A DNA stretch of 64,000 nucleotides from an uncultured Spirochaetota bacterium (GCA_963783575.1 CAWAOD010000016.1:160001-224000), one strand, 5' to 3'; counted from the stretch's first letter, positions 37,102 to 48,336 are shown. Translations and numbers: made by a program. The notes: generated from the letters alone by a model not told the origin.

Positions 37102-38043
37102 ATGTCCAATAGATTATTTAAAGGGGTTTTGTTGTTGAGTATAGCGCTGGTTATTCCCGCAATTGCTTCAACGCAGAGTATGATGGGCTGGGGGAATGGG
37201 AGCGGAGGGATGATGGGCGGTTTTTATAACAACCGGGGCGAAGCGGTGGAAAAATCCGAAAAAGTCCGGTCGGTTCTTTCCGAAATACGCAAGGAGCAGG
37301 GTTTGAAGGAAGGGGAGCCGGTCAATGCTGATAAAGTCAGCCCGAAGCTTCTGGGCGAACTTGGGGATGAGGTCATGGAAGTTGTTATCGGAAATCACGA
37401 GAGGCATGAATGGATGGACAATATGATGGGAGGGGAAGGCTCCGCAAGACTGGAAAATATTCATGAGCAGATGGGATACCGGTATCTTCTGGGATTACCA
37501 ATAGGAATGATGGGCTGGGGTTACGGAACCGGAGGAACGGGGAACGGTTACAACGGCGGTATGATGGGCGGCTACGGCAATATGATGGGATATTATGGGG
37601 GCTTTTACGGCAATAATCCGTATATACCTATGATGTCATTAGGCTCTTTTATGGGTATGGGTACGCTTATGGACATCAACTGGATATTGGATTACAGGTT
37701 TGCCGATTTTTTAGGACTGACAAAGGATCAGGTGAAAAAAATAACTGACTTGAAGCTTTCATATGAAAAAGATGTCGATCCGGTTCGATCGCAATTACTG
37801 GATAAAAGAAAACAGATTTTCGATCTCTGGTCGGCAGCAAAGCCTGATGAAGATGCTATAAAAAACGCGGATAAAGATGTTTTAAATTTAATTTCTGCCA
37901 TCTCCGACAAGGGGACCGAATACCGGATCAAAGTCCTTCAGATATTGACACCCGATCAGCGGAAGAAAATGGACTATAATGGGATGACGGATTATCAAAA
38001 CCGGTACTTAAACCGGAATGAGCAGGGTAAAACAAATAAATAA
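37102..38043 (+). CDS. Exported Met/His/Gly-rich protein with C-terminal Spy/CpxP (LTXXQ)-like domain
   Basis: Signal peptide; HERHEWMDNMMGGEGS; GMMG repeats; LTKDQ...LTPDQ. Confidence 0.8.
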   Translation: MSNRLFKGVLLLSIALVIPAIASTQSMMGWGNGSGGMMGGFYNNRGEAVEKSEKVRSVLSEIRKEQGLKEGEPVNADKVSPKLLGELGDEVMEVVIGNHERHEWMDNMMGGEGSARLENIHEQMGYRYLLGLPIGMMGWGYGTGGTGNGYNGGMMGGYGNMMGYYGGFYGNNPYIPMMSLGSFMGMGTLMDINWILDYRFADFLGLTKDQVKKITDLKLSYEKDVDPVRSQLLDKRKQIFDLWSAAKPDEDAIKNADKDVLNLISAISDKGTEYRIKVLQILTPDQRKKMDYNGMTDYQNRYLNRNEQGKTNK

Positions 38044-38074
38044 AGAAAGTAAAAAAACTATTTAAGGAGGATTT

Positions 38075-38728
38075 ATGCTTAAAAGAAGTGCAATCTACCT
38101 GTTCAGTCTTGTACTGCTTATTTGTTTTTCAGGCGTTTTTGCCGTTGATGATACGCCTAAAAGCATAGAAGCGGTAATGAATGAAATCAGACAGGAACAG
38201 GGGCTTAAAACGAATGAAACTATCAATGTTAACAAAGTAAGCCCGGCGAAGCTGGAAGAGCTCGGCGACTCAGTGATGGAAGCTATGATAGGCAACCACG
38301 CTTTGCACGAACAGATGGACAGAATGATGGGCGGGGAAGGATCGGCATCGCTTACAGCTTTACATCAGAGGATCGGGTATAACTACCTGGCCGGATATCC
38401 GCTCGGAATGATGGGATTGATGGGCGGAGGCATGTTGGGTTACCCGTTTAATACTGCCAATGCTGGCAGAGGAGGATATATGATGGGTGGATACGGTTAC
38501 GGCGGATATGGCCCGGGTATGATGGGCTGGTTCGGCTGGGGAGGCATGTTTATGGGGCTGATATTTCTTGTTATATTGGTTTTGATAATTGTCTTTGCGG
38601 TAAGGGCGGCAAGCGGGAGCGCTTTCAGATTTTCAGGTTCGGAAACAGCGCTGGATATCCTGAAAAAACGATATGCAAAGGGCGAGATATCAAAGGAAGA
38701 TTTTGACAGGATGAAAAAGGATATATAG
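38075..38728 (+). CDS. Exported Met/His/Gly-rich protein with TM helix and SHOCT domain
   Basis: Signal peptide; HALHEQMDRMMGGEGS; ALDILKKRYAKGEISKEDF. Confidence 0.85.
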   Translation: MLKRSAIYLFSLVLLICFSGVFAVDDTPKSIEAVMNEIRQEQGLKTNETINVNKVSPAKLEELGDSVMEAMIGNHALHEQMDRMMGGEGSASLTALHQRIGYNYLAGYPLGMMGLMGGGMLGYPFNTANAGRGGYMMGGYGYGGYGPGMMGWFGWGGMFMGLIFLVILVLIIVFAVRAASGSAFRFSGSETALDILKKRYAKGEISKEDFDRMKKDI

Positions 38729-38843
38729 TTTTTTAATTTGCCGGTGCCCGATGACTTCGGCTTTTATAAACAGAATAAGTCATATTTCTTGATGAAGATA
38801 AACAAAAACAATTCCTCGCAATAACGGCAATTTTTATTATACC

Positions 38844-38868
38844 AGCCTGGGGGACCCCCCAGGCTTTT
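38844..38868. terminator. Rho-independent terminator
   Basis: AGCCTGGGGGA-CCCCCAGGCT-TTT between convergent genes. Confidence 0.65.
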
Positions 38869-38922
38869 ACTTTCTGTCTTTAATAAAACCCTGGCTCCTG
38901 CCGAACCAGAGGGGCATGCCTG

Positions 38923-39411
38923 TTAAAAATAACCGATCCCATTCTGGAGGTCGGCGACGGTTATTAGAACTTTACAGTTTTTGAAATTCCGATCAAGCGG
39001 TATGGGGTTGCACGAACCTGTTTCCGTATTGATCTTCACGGAAGGATAACGTTTCCCGCAATTGTTACAGACCGTAAAATCGCCTTCCTGATGGAATCCC
39101 TTTTTAGATCTATAACAGATTACACATCCGTCAAAAGCCGCACGGATTACACCGTCAGATGAACGTATTACCAGAAAACGGACGCTGGCATCTTTGAACC
39201 TGTAAATATAAAATTTAGCTACTCCGGCTGCGAAATCTTTTTCCGAAAATTCCAGGACTCCATTTTTATCCTGCACAACCTTGAAAGGAACTGCCGAATT
39301 TGCCTTTTCTACTGCCGGGTTGCCTTTTTGCGCCCACATCATACCTGATATGAAGAATCCCGACAAAATAACCATTGATAAAATTTTTTTATTTAATATA
39401 TATCCGATCAT
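38923..39411 (-). CDS. DUF2318-like (FtrD-like) Fe-S/Zn-binding exported protein
   Basis: RAAFDGCVIC...CNNCG...GSCNPIPL. Confidence 0.8.
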   Translation of the reverse strand: MIGYILNKKILSMVILSGFFISGMMWAQKGNPAVEKANSAVPFKVVQDKNGVLEFSEKDFAAGVAKFYIYRFKDASVRFLVIRSSDGVIRAAFDGCVICYRSKKGFHQEGDFTVCNNCGKRYPSVKINTETGSCNPIPLDRNFKNCKVLITVADLQNGIGYF

Positions 39412-40002
39412 GTATTTCTCCTCTTAATTTAAAATTCAATATGTAAGTTTATGATGTTAAAAATATAAAAAAATAAGAATTGTATTTGGTAGATTTGAGT
39501 TATCAGCAGAGAAGCCGGATTTTTTTGATCATGAAATAATAAACTGTTGAGTTTTTATCAGTAACTTTATTTGACCTAAGTAAGGATATAATATCAGTAT
39601 TGTTTAAAGCAAGGAAAGTTTTAAATAAAGTACTTACGGCCTTTTCTTTTATTTCGGGATTTAGCGTGTCGGGAACGCTGCCGGATTGAAAGATATCCTT
39701 GATATTAAAGCAGGATTGTGTATTTTGTGTTATGTAGTTCCGAATATTACCATTAGAGCAACCGTCATTTTCACATGAAGAAAATACTTTATTGTATGTT
39801 TAACTATGATGAAAATAACACTTTATGCTTTCTATCGAGAAATGCAGTAGACTTAAAATAAAAAAAGGCAGTATGAATGCTTTTTTATAAACCATATAAT
39901 TATAATAAACTGCATAAAGAAAATAATCAAGAAATCTCCTCCGGTTATTAAGAAGGCCGGCGAGCGGAATATCTCACCGGCACCAACTAACATTTTCAAA
40001 AC

Positions 40003-40656
40003 TTACTGGTGGAAACCAACCTGCATAATGAAAAGCGGCTGCTCATCCTTGCCGAGCTTTAAAACCGAAGCAATATCCTTCGGCTTGATATTGTACATTA
40101 TGATAGAATCCATTTTCATGGCGCCTGCCGCAAGCGCGGCGTTCTGAGCGCCGTAACTTGCCGATCCGTCCACAATCTGCGAAACCATAGCCGCATTACC
40201 TTTTAAGAAAGCCGGAACTTTTGAATTGTCATAGGTAAAGAGTATGATGAAAGCCGAAGTTTTAATAACTTCAGGAGTCAGCGAACTGCGTAAATCACCG
40301 TTTGCTATCAGCTTTAGCTGATTATTCACCGGGTCGTACGCATAGGCGCCTTTGTCATTAAAAAGATAAACGTTGATATAGTCAACGTCACCCGATATTG
40401 GAATGGTCCTGTTGGCTTTACTGGCGGAAGTTACAGCGTCGGCTCCTTTTTTCAGCCCGTTTGCCGCCCACAGGATTGTCGAAAGATCCTCAGGCGCGGC
40501 ATCATGTTTAACAAAATTCCTGGCTGCCTTTCTTCCATTGATTGCCTCCAGCAGGTCGATTCCCAGCTTTGCTTTCGGTTCGGGAAGGGAGATGTCCTGT
40601 CCGAATAGCATTGCCGCCATAAAGATAAGGATAATTGAGAGAATAATTTTCTTCAT
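40003..40656 (-). CDS. Nitroreductase-family (SagB/ThcOx-like) protein with signal peptide
   Basis: ISLPEP, R..R.F, LSTILWAANG, AQNAALAA; start reassigned to MKKIIL after the AGGAGG SD. Confidence 0.8.
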   Translation of the reverse strand: MKKIILSIILIFMAAMLFGQDISLPEPKAKLGIDLLEAINGRKAARNFVKHDAAPEDLSTILWAANGLKKGADAVTSASKANRTIPISGDVDYINVYLFNDKGAYAYDPVNNQLKLIANGDLRSSLTPEVIKTSAFIILFTYDNSKVPAFLKGNAAMVSQIVDGSASYGAQNAALAAGAMKMDSIIMYNIKPKDIASVLKLGKDEQPLFIMQVGFHQ

Positions 40657-40723
40657 TGAAATCCTCCTATAATAATCATTATTTCTCATATTAGAATATA
40701 AAAAAACAGATATCCGTTCTCTT

Positions 40724-41062
40724 TTACAGGGCTTCTTCCCCGGCCTGTCCCGTCCGGATTTGAACTGCTTCTTCAATCTGGCTGATGAATATCTTACCGT
40801 CGCCATGCTGACCGGAATGGCATATTGTACGTATTTTTTCCACGATATTCTTCACCAGGGGGTCGCTTGTAAAGATTTCCAGTTTGGTTTTCGGTACTAA
40901 TGCCACATCGCCCTCGGCAAACTCAATTAAGCTCTGGTGCCCCCGCTGGTGGCCGAAGCCTCCTGCTTCAATCACCGTAATTCCCTGTACTCCCATGTCG
41001 GAAAGCGCTTTTTGAACTTCCGCAAGCTTTGATCTTCTGATAATCGCCTCAATTTTTTTCAA
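40724..41062 (-). CDS. glnB: P-II family nitrogen regulatory protein
   Basis: MKKIEAIIR, GFGHQRG, GDGKIF, IRTG; lacks the canonical T-loop Tyr51. Confidence 0.85.
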   Translation of the reverse strand: MKKIEAIIRRSKLAEVQKALSDMGVQGITVIEAGGFGHQRGHQSLIEFAEGDVALVPKTKLEIFTSDPLVKNIVEKIRTICHSGQHGDGKIFISQIEEAVQIRTGQAGEEAL

Positions 41063-41210
41063 GCATACCTCCCGGATTAAAATAACCTATTAAAATTAAA
41101 CATTAATTTGAAAATTTTCAATTAAAAGAAAAAAATTTGGAGGATTTTTTTATATAAAGAAATATTAGTATGGCAAAAGTAAGAATGAGAGTAAGCTTGC
41201 GAAATGGCTT

Positions 41211-42518
41211 TTATGGTTTTTTATTCTGAAGCAGCCAATTATAGAATTCCGGATCCATATATGTATCGGTCCAAACATCATGATCATGATCTTTCAAAAT
41301 TGTGAACCTGATATTGACCCCTGAATTATTGAAATCATTTATTGTATTCTGAGCTTTATTCACCGGAACAATAATATCATCCGACCCATGAATCTCCCAT
41401 CCCGGAATCTGTTTTAACCTGCTTAAAGGAATGTCTTTCATTTCCGCTTCTTCCCGGTAGTAAGCGGAATCATATTTTGCCTGAAACCCCGATAACGAAG
41501 CAATTGCGGCGAATTTTTCAGGGTGTTCTAAGGCAAAACGGTAAGTTGCCTCTCCGCCCATGCTAATCCCTGTCAGATAAACCCTCTTTTCGTCAACCCT
41601 GTAATTACCCATCACCTCATCGAGCACACCTTCGAGATAACGTTTAGGAAATGAACGGAAATCCTTCGACAGATTCAAAATCGGAGCAACAATGATAAAA
41701 GAAAGCGGGCCTTTTTCCCGGATCATCATATATGGGCTTGCCTTTGCAAGCAGGAATACATTTGTACCGCGGTCGCCCGTTCCATGAAGGAATAAGATTA
41801 AAGGCCATTTCTCATTGGTTTTCTCTTCATATCCCTCCGGGAGATATATCATATAGCCTTTTCCGTAATTATTCAATTCAGTATTTTTATAATTCCTTGT
41901 ATAAATTCGTTTGCCAGCCAGGTATGCCTGATAATCTTTATATACATAAAATGATTTATTACGGCCCAATTCGATTTTATCAGGACCTCTAAAGTTTCCG
42001 TATGACATTTCACCGATCAGGCGGTCTTTTGTTTTATTATATCTTAATTTGAGAAGACCAGGGATTACTGTAAATTGTCCGGTCCAAAATGCGGCTTCAA
42101 TTGAAGGGCTTTCTCCCTTAACAACTTTAAATCTTATTTTTTCGATTCCCGCAGGATATTGCAGATTATAACCGTAGTAAATTACTGCCTCCCCGCCCCG
42201 ATCATTAATCTTTTTTATGCTCAGTATTATTTTCATATCCATCTTTACCGGAGGATTATAGTTATACCCTTCCCATCTCCCCGGAAAAGGCTGCAAATCT
42301 TCGGAAAGATCTTTTGACGGAGATGAAACAGGCACTTTGCCAAGGATTAAAAATTTATTAGTATCTTCATCCGAATTAGAATGAAGTTTTACAAAGTCTT
42401 CTCCTGAAATTTCCGCTACAGGCGATATCACTTTATTTATTATAAAATAAAATGAAAATACACATACGATAATAACAAGCCCTGTAATAACCGTTATTAA
42501 TTTTGTCTTTTTAATCAT
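41211..42518 (-). CDS. Membrane-anchored alpha/beta-hydrolase (esterase/peptidase)
   Basis: WPLILFLHGTG, TGISMGG, HGSDD, HDVW. Confidence 0.85.
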   Translation of the reverse strand: MIKKTKLITVITGLVIIVCVFSFYFIINKVISPVAEISGEDFVKLHSNSDEDTNKFLILGKVPVSSPSKDLSEDLQPFPGRWEGYNYNPPVKMDMKIILSIKKINDRGGEAVIYYGYNLQYPAGIEKIRFKVVKGESPSIEAAFWTGQFTVIPGLLKLRYNKTKDRLIGEMSYGNFRGPDKIELGRNKSFYVYKDYQAYLAGKRIYTRNYKNTELNNYGKGYMIYLPEGYEEKTNEKWPLILFLHGTGDRGTNVFLLAKASPYMMIREKGPLSFIIVAPILNLSKDFRSFPKRYLEGVLDEVMGNYRVDEKRVYLTGISMGGEATYRFALEHPEKFAAIASLSGFQAKYDSAYYREEAEMKDIPLSRLKQIPGWEIHGSDDIIVPVNKAQNTINDFNNSGVNIRFTILKDHDHDVWTDTYMDPEFYNWLLQNKKP

Positions 42519-42727
42519 AATTCTTATTCTCCTTCTGATTTAATAAATTATAGTCAGCAGTTGAATTTTAATCAAAAAAACTGGGGGGGTTGACCTTATA
42601 AATAAATCATTTTGAATTGCCGATTTTGTTTCCCCGCTTGAATGATATTCTGCGAACCGTAATCAAGGGCATTCCAATCCGTTTCTGCCATTTTCAACAA
42701 GGGCTTCCTGCTATTCTGCATTTATAA

Positions 42728-42790
42728 TACCCCGCAGCGCTTGCACTGAGCTAGTCGAGAGTGTGCTGTGCTGCGGGGATAGTTTATTAT
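42728..42790. repeat. Nested REP-like palindromes
   Basis: TACCCCGCAGC...GCTGCGGGGATAGTTTATT enclosing GCACTGAGCTAGTCGA. Confidence 0.6.
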
Positions 42791-42846
42791 CGAACCGTAA
42801 TATTTCTATATATTGAGACAATATTGAGATGCTGCTATAATATAAT

Positions 42847-43401
42847 TTGAGGGATAAAGTGATAGAAAAGTATTTAAAACTGTTTGGACTCAATCCGGAT
42901 GCGGCTTTAAGCGATGTCAAAAAAGCTTATAGAATGCTAGCTAAAAAAAATCATCCCGACCGTTTTACTGATGATGAACAAAAAAAAGATCAGGAATTAA
43001 TAATGATCAGGATAAATGAGGCCTATAAAAAGATTATTGAATATTTTAAAAGCAAGAAAACAGAACCAATATCTGATCAGAAACAAGAAAGCGATTATGA
43101 GCTTTACAAAAAAGGCATCGGATACTTTAACAAATGCTACGAAGGCATACTTGTTAAAATGGAAAAACATGACTTGAAAGAAAAAGAAAATAGCCTTATA
43201 AAAGCCGGATCATATTTCTCAAAAGTTTTGGAGGAATATCCCGAAAGCGACTGGGCTTTTGATTCGGAAATAAAATTGAGGAAAATCGAAAAGATGCTTT
43301 CGAATCTCAGAGACTTAAATTCAAATTTCGAAACTCAGCCTTTGCCCCGTAAAGATCAAGACTTTTATGCTCATAAATTCAAAAAGATGTTCGAAAAATA
43401 A
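42847..43401 (+). CDS. DnaJ (J-domain) protein with TPR-like C-terminus
   Basis: VKKAYRMLAKKNHPD...INEAY; EEYPESDWA. Confidence 0.85.
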   Translation: MRDKVIEKYLKLFGLNPDAALSDVKKAYRMLAKKNHPDRFTDDEQKKDQELIMIRINEAYKKIIEYFKSKKTEPISDQKQESDYELYKKGIGYFNKCYEGILVKMEKHDLKEKENSLIKAGSYFSKVLEEYPESDWAFDSEIKLRKIEKMLSNLRDLNSNFETQPLPRKDQDFYAHKFKKMFEK

Positions 43402-43417
43402 TTATATTCTTATGCCG

Positions 43418-43936
43418 TTACCATTTTCCCATGCCGATAACTCTTCCTACCCCGAACAAAAGCAGCAAAAGCGGTAAAGCTACAGCCGTTCCAGCCGCCA
43501 TAGATATTATTATTGTTTTGATAGTAAAGAAGCCTTCTTTCAAGCCCCTCCTCAACAGGTAAAGGGTAACAGGAATATTTAGTAAAACGCCTGTGATAAC
43601 ACCCGGAGCATAACGCCCGGTTAAAATCGCGGCAAACAGGTGGGGAATAAATACATTTGCAAGTATGACACCTAATACAGCGCTGATTATATAATTGGAA
43701 AAGCCGCTTTTACTCACTGAGAAATAATATATCAACCCGTAGAAAATCAAAGTTATGACTATTACCGCAAACCTGAATTCGAATGCCCCAACTGAGGGAT
43801 GCCATATTCCAGCTGTGCGCGACCATCCGGGAAGCCATATGGCTTCTTCTAAATTGTGTAAAGTCTCGCAAACCGCTAAAATCCATATTATTCTCTTAAA
43901 ACTGATCTGATCAAGCCGTTTAATTATCTTATTCAT
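43418..43936 (-). CDS. HXXEE-domain membrane protein
   Basis: LHNLEE, YAPGVIT. Confidence 0.85.
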   Translation of the reverse strand: MNKIIKRLDQISFKRIIWILAVCETLHNLEEAIWLPGWSRTAGIWHPSVGAFEFRFAVIVITLIFYGLIYYFSVSKSGFSNYIISAVLGVILANVFIPHLFAAILTGRYAPGVITGVLLNIPVTLYLLRRGLKEGFFTIKTIIISMAAGTAVALPLLLLLFGVGRVIGMGKW

Positions 43937-44181
43937 AAAACATCCTTAAAAATTTCATTTTGCGCTAGCAATAACACTTCGAACAAATTCTCTTGTGGTA
44001 TTTATATCCTTATCATCATGGTGTTTCCTGTTGAGCGCCCGTCAATTGAATTATTAACCGTTATAATTATCATTTATGTGTTAAAGCGGATGGAATGACC
44101 TAAAATCATCATCAAACAGGAATGCGCTTCCTTTTCCTGACATCATATAAATGATCTATCACTTTCATAACATCATCCCGG

Positions 44182-46973
44182 CTATTCCTTTAAATGCTTC
44201 CTGATAAAATTTTCAATTTCAATCAAATTAATATTTTTAGCCAGTAATTTTAATCTTGAAGCAAATGGGAGCATTTCGGAATTGGCAGACGATTCAATGC
44301 TTTCAATATACTTTCTTATATTTACAATATCCCCGATTTTTGCCATTGAATATAAAGCTTTAAGTTCATCCGCCGGCGGAATCGGGATTTCCCAGTCCTC
44401 TAAACCGTTTCCGTATTTTCCGAAAGTAACAGCACTGACATTGGTAAAATCTTTATTCAATAAAATGAAGCTTGTATCAAACCAGAATCTGCTGCCTTTG
44501 CCGATTTCGCTTTTTACATAAAGATCACTTCCCAACAATTTTGCAAGGTTCCTGCTTATTGTGAGACCAAGGCCTGTCCCCTTTGTTTTCGGCTGGCCGG
44601 TATCAAGCTGCTGGAATGAATCAAAAATTATTTCCAGCTTTTCTTGTGGAATACCAATGCCTGTATCTTCAACTTCAAAATGCAGTTTATCTGTTTCAAT
44701 CATGCCAGCCCTTAACAATACCTTCCCTTTTTCTGTAAATTTAACGGCATTGCTTAAAAGATTTAGGAGTATCTGGTTAAGCCTTTTACTGTCGCCCAGG
44801 ATATTTACAGGTAAATCCGAAAAGGATTCAAATATGAATTCGAGACTTTTTTCTTCGGCCTGGACCTTGATTATATCAACAATTTTATTTAATAGTTCAG
44901 GTAGTGAGAATGCATTATTTTCAAGCTTCATCTTACCGGCCTCGATTTTTGACATATCAAGCAGGTCGTTAATCATATTAAGAAGATGCAAACTGCTGTT
45001 ATACATCATAGCTATGCTTTCAGTCTGCTTTTTAGTAAGGCTGTCTGTTGTCCCGAATAACTGTATGTAGCCAAGGATGGCATTCAGAGGTGTACGGAGT
45101 TCATGGCTGATATTTGCTATGAACATGCTTTTTGCCTGGTTCGCTTTTTCTGCGGTCTCTTTGGCCTTGAGTATTTCCATTTCGGCGGTTTTACGTTCGG
45201 TTATATCATGAGCGACCACAAAAGCGCCGACAATTTTATCATCGCTGAATTTGAACCTGCTTTTGAGTATGCCCCAGACTTCATTCCCGTCCTTCCTAAT
45301 CGCCTTATACTCGATGGATTCTTCCGGGAGCTCTTCCTACCCGGGCTTTTCTGATTCTCTCAAGGAATATCTCCCTGCTTTCTTTATCCAGGATTTCTAA
45401 TGGGTTCATTCCAAGGAGTTCGGTTTCCGTATAACCGAGCATTCTGCAAAGCCCGTCATTTACTGTCTTGAAACGGTTATCAATGAAATCAATCTCGTAA
45501 ATTGCGGTAGGAGCATATTCTACAAGGAGCCTATATTTCTCCTCACTTTCCCGGAGCGCCTGTTCGGCTTTTTTGCGGTCGGTGATATCAGTATGGTTCC
45601 AGAGACGTCCGTATTTTTTTTCACCGAGATGAATGGGAATAAATTCGCGCAGAAGAGTTCGTCCATTGCTCATTCGAATGTCTTCGGTCTGAACCGGCTG
45701 CCCCAGCCTGACTATTTCATTGATTCGCTTTATGGCAGCGTCAGGATTAATATATGAAAACCGTATTTTTTCAATCAATTCGTTAGAGGACAAATTCGAA
45801 AGATCGGCCGGAGAATTTTTCAAACCGAAAATATCACAAAAAGCCTGGTTGGTAAATTCTATCCGGTCTTCATTCGTAACCAGCAGTATTCCATTATGCA
45901 TACTTGAAAGAAATCAGATAAATCCGCTGTATTGTGGATTGCAGTTTTTCCTCCGCGTTCTTCCGTTCGGTTATATCTTCGGAAAGAATAAAAATACCCT
46001 CCGGAACAGGCTGAAAACTTAAGAAAAAACTTCCCATCGAACCGTCAGGAAAAGTAAATCTGTTTTCAAAGTTCTTAGCAGCCCTTTTTTCCATGCAATA
46101 TTTCAATGTTTTGAACATTTCAGTGTCTTCAATTCCGGGAAACCTCTCCGTCATTTTATGACCGGTAAGTTCTTCTTTTACGTATTTTCCCTGTTTTGCC
46201 GCCGCTGAATTTACATAAATATATGTGAAATCAAAGCCGATGATCTGGCAGCCTTCAAGCATATTATCCAGGGTTTCCCTGTACCGTTCCTCACCTTTTT
46301 GCAGGGCTGTTTTCATTTCAATGCCCTGTTCGATAAGTTTCTGGTTTTGAAGGATGATAAAACTGAGGGTAATTCCTATGACGGTAAAATCAATAATTAA
46401 AATAATCACAGTCGTCATCATATCGCTGTTAAATATTGACTGCATAGGATTAATAAATGCGGATATTGTCCGGATCAAATAAAATAAGACATTTAAAGCC
46501 AGTATTAGTATGATAATATATAAAGAAGTGGCTCCGGATTTTTTAACATTCTTAATGCAGAGAAAACCCGTAAAAAAATCAATAAAAGCGACGAAAGATG
46601 AAAATAAGGCAACACGGATATAAGTTAAAGGAATGATGTATGTAAAAATGCAGGTTAAAATTATATAAATAATTGTATAGGCAATTAAAAAATATCTGTT
46701 AATCTTTAACTTTAAGAACTGCAAGAGCCCGATTGAAAGAAATATAACGGAAGCAACTAAAAGTGTATTTGACAATATTATTCCCAGAAAAACGGATGTA
46801 TAGCCCTGGGCTGATATGAATGCAAGGCCGGCAGTTTGCAGAACAAGCCAGGCCGAAAGCGAACGGCTTCCTGGCAGCCTGCGGCGCGTACTTGAGGATA
46901 TGATCATTAGCAGGGAACACAGTAAGCATGTTATTATCAACATAAAAACCATTGTCCTGTTATCCATATCCAT
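44182..46973 (-). CDS. Membrane-bound multi-PAS sensor histidine kinase, split into three ORFs by two frameshifts (~45915, ~45335)
   Basis: TM N-terminus; three PAS/PAC units ending [43 protein letters not shown]. Confidence 0.85.
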
Positions 46974-46989
46974 CTCCTTTTATTTTTCA

Positions 46990-47232
46990 TCCGGATAAAT
47001 ATTTTTCCCGGTTAACTTTTCAATTACCGTCAGACGATAGCCGATCTAATATTTTCAATTCCCTTATTTTAATAATAACCCTTTTCTTTACCATTTCACA
47101 TAAAGCTTTCATTTCATCATCCGATTGGAATCGGGATTCCCCCGTCTTCTAAACTGTTTTCGGATTTCATGAAATTTACAGCACCGGTATTGGTAAAATT
47201 TTTATTCAATAAAATGAAGCTTACATCAACCC
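46990..47232 (-). pseudogene. Remnant of a paralogous kinase C-terminus
   Basis: 47165-47230 is near-identical to 44425-44482 (SFILLNKxFTN); continues, after a frameshift, as DDEMKALCEMVK, matching [12 protein letters not shown]. Confidence 0.7.
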
Positions 47233-47880
47233 TTTTGCCTCAGCCCTCGCTCTTGTATTTCGTATTATTAAAAATTGAGCCATTTATTGTGTTGGAGCCT
47301 TTGTTATTTGCCGTATAATTGCTGATAACGCAATTGATTACAATAGAGTTGGAGTTATTCCAAAAGCAATTCCGCCGCCCATGGGTTCACTGAAAATCAG
47401 TATAAATCTTAAAATGTTTAATAAACAGTATTTTATTGGTGTCATATCCTATTTTATAATAATGAGTTATAAATGCAATTAGAAAAGGCTGGTTATAGTT
47501 TTCTAGTTTTAACTCATTTTTCAGTGAACCCGCCCATGCCACTATCTATTCCACCTGAGCCGTTGCAATTCCGGTGCGGATAAACCCGTTTATTAACATT
47601 AACAAAAAGAAACCAAGCGAACCCGCTTTGATAATAACTGTTTGAATGGTTTTTACGTGTGAATTCAAAGTCCTGGGATTTGTGTCATTTCTATTTGTCA
47701 CGATATAGACCGCATTTTTGATTGAGTTTGAACTATCAGAAGAATTGAAAATTCATTTTTCATTATGGCCCCTATAAAATATTATATTAAAAATATTTTG
47801 ATAGAAAGTGCCTTATCCAATATTTTTAATTATTATAGCATATTAAATGGAAATAGGTCAACCCGCCCTAAAATTTAATT

Positions 47881-48225
47881 TCAGGCAATGATGCGCTTCC
47901 TTTTCCTGACTTCCTCATATGCATGGTCGATCATTTTAAAAACATCTTCTCCGGCAATTCCTTTATTATAATAGACGGTGTTTTTAAATTTCTGCTGAAA
48001 ATGCGGGACATGGTATCCGGGTATGACAATCCCGGGATATTCCATCCTGAGAAATTCCGCCAGGCCAGGATCACATCGCAATGTAATTTTCTCCTGTTCG
48101 GGATAAATTTCAGCGGCAATCATTCCAAAGGCTTTTATACAAACCGGGATATCACCGAATGGGAACTCAACGGATGCGCCTTCTTTTTTCAGACAGTAAT
48201 CGGCTATTTGGGAAGCTGTTAACAT
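47881..48225 (-). CDS. MmcQ/YjbR family protein
   Basis: EFPFG, ITLRCDP, PGYH, MIDHAY. Confidence 0.85.
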   Translation of the reverse strand: MLTASQIADYCLKKEGASVEFPFGDIPVCIKAFGMIAAEIYPEQEKITLRCDPGLAEFLRMEYPGIVIPGYHVPHFQQKFKNTVYYNKGIAGEDVFKMIDHAYEEVRKRKRIIA

Positions 48226-48336
48226 TATTTGACCTCAAAGCGTAAATTTTTATCTGCCGCTGAGCCGTGGCAATGTGGCTTTTTTACTTTCTTTTTCCAG
48301 TCCGCGGAAAAAGAAAGTAATCAAAGAAAAAGGCGT

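Noticed and set aside
9990..45920. Programmed frameshifting, phase variation or mass pseudogenisation as the cause of split genes
   Set aside because: Single-base indels, mostly in short homopolymers, hit unrelated genes including thyX and copA that otherwise look intact. Sequencing or assembly error is the simpler explanation, but read data are needed to confirm.
44420..47232. Duplicated segment as a DGR template/variable repeat pair
   Set aside because: Mismatches are not confined to adenines and no reverse transcriptase is present; a paralog remnant explains it better.
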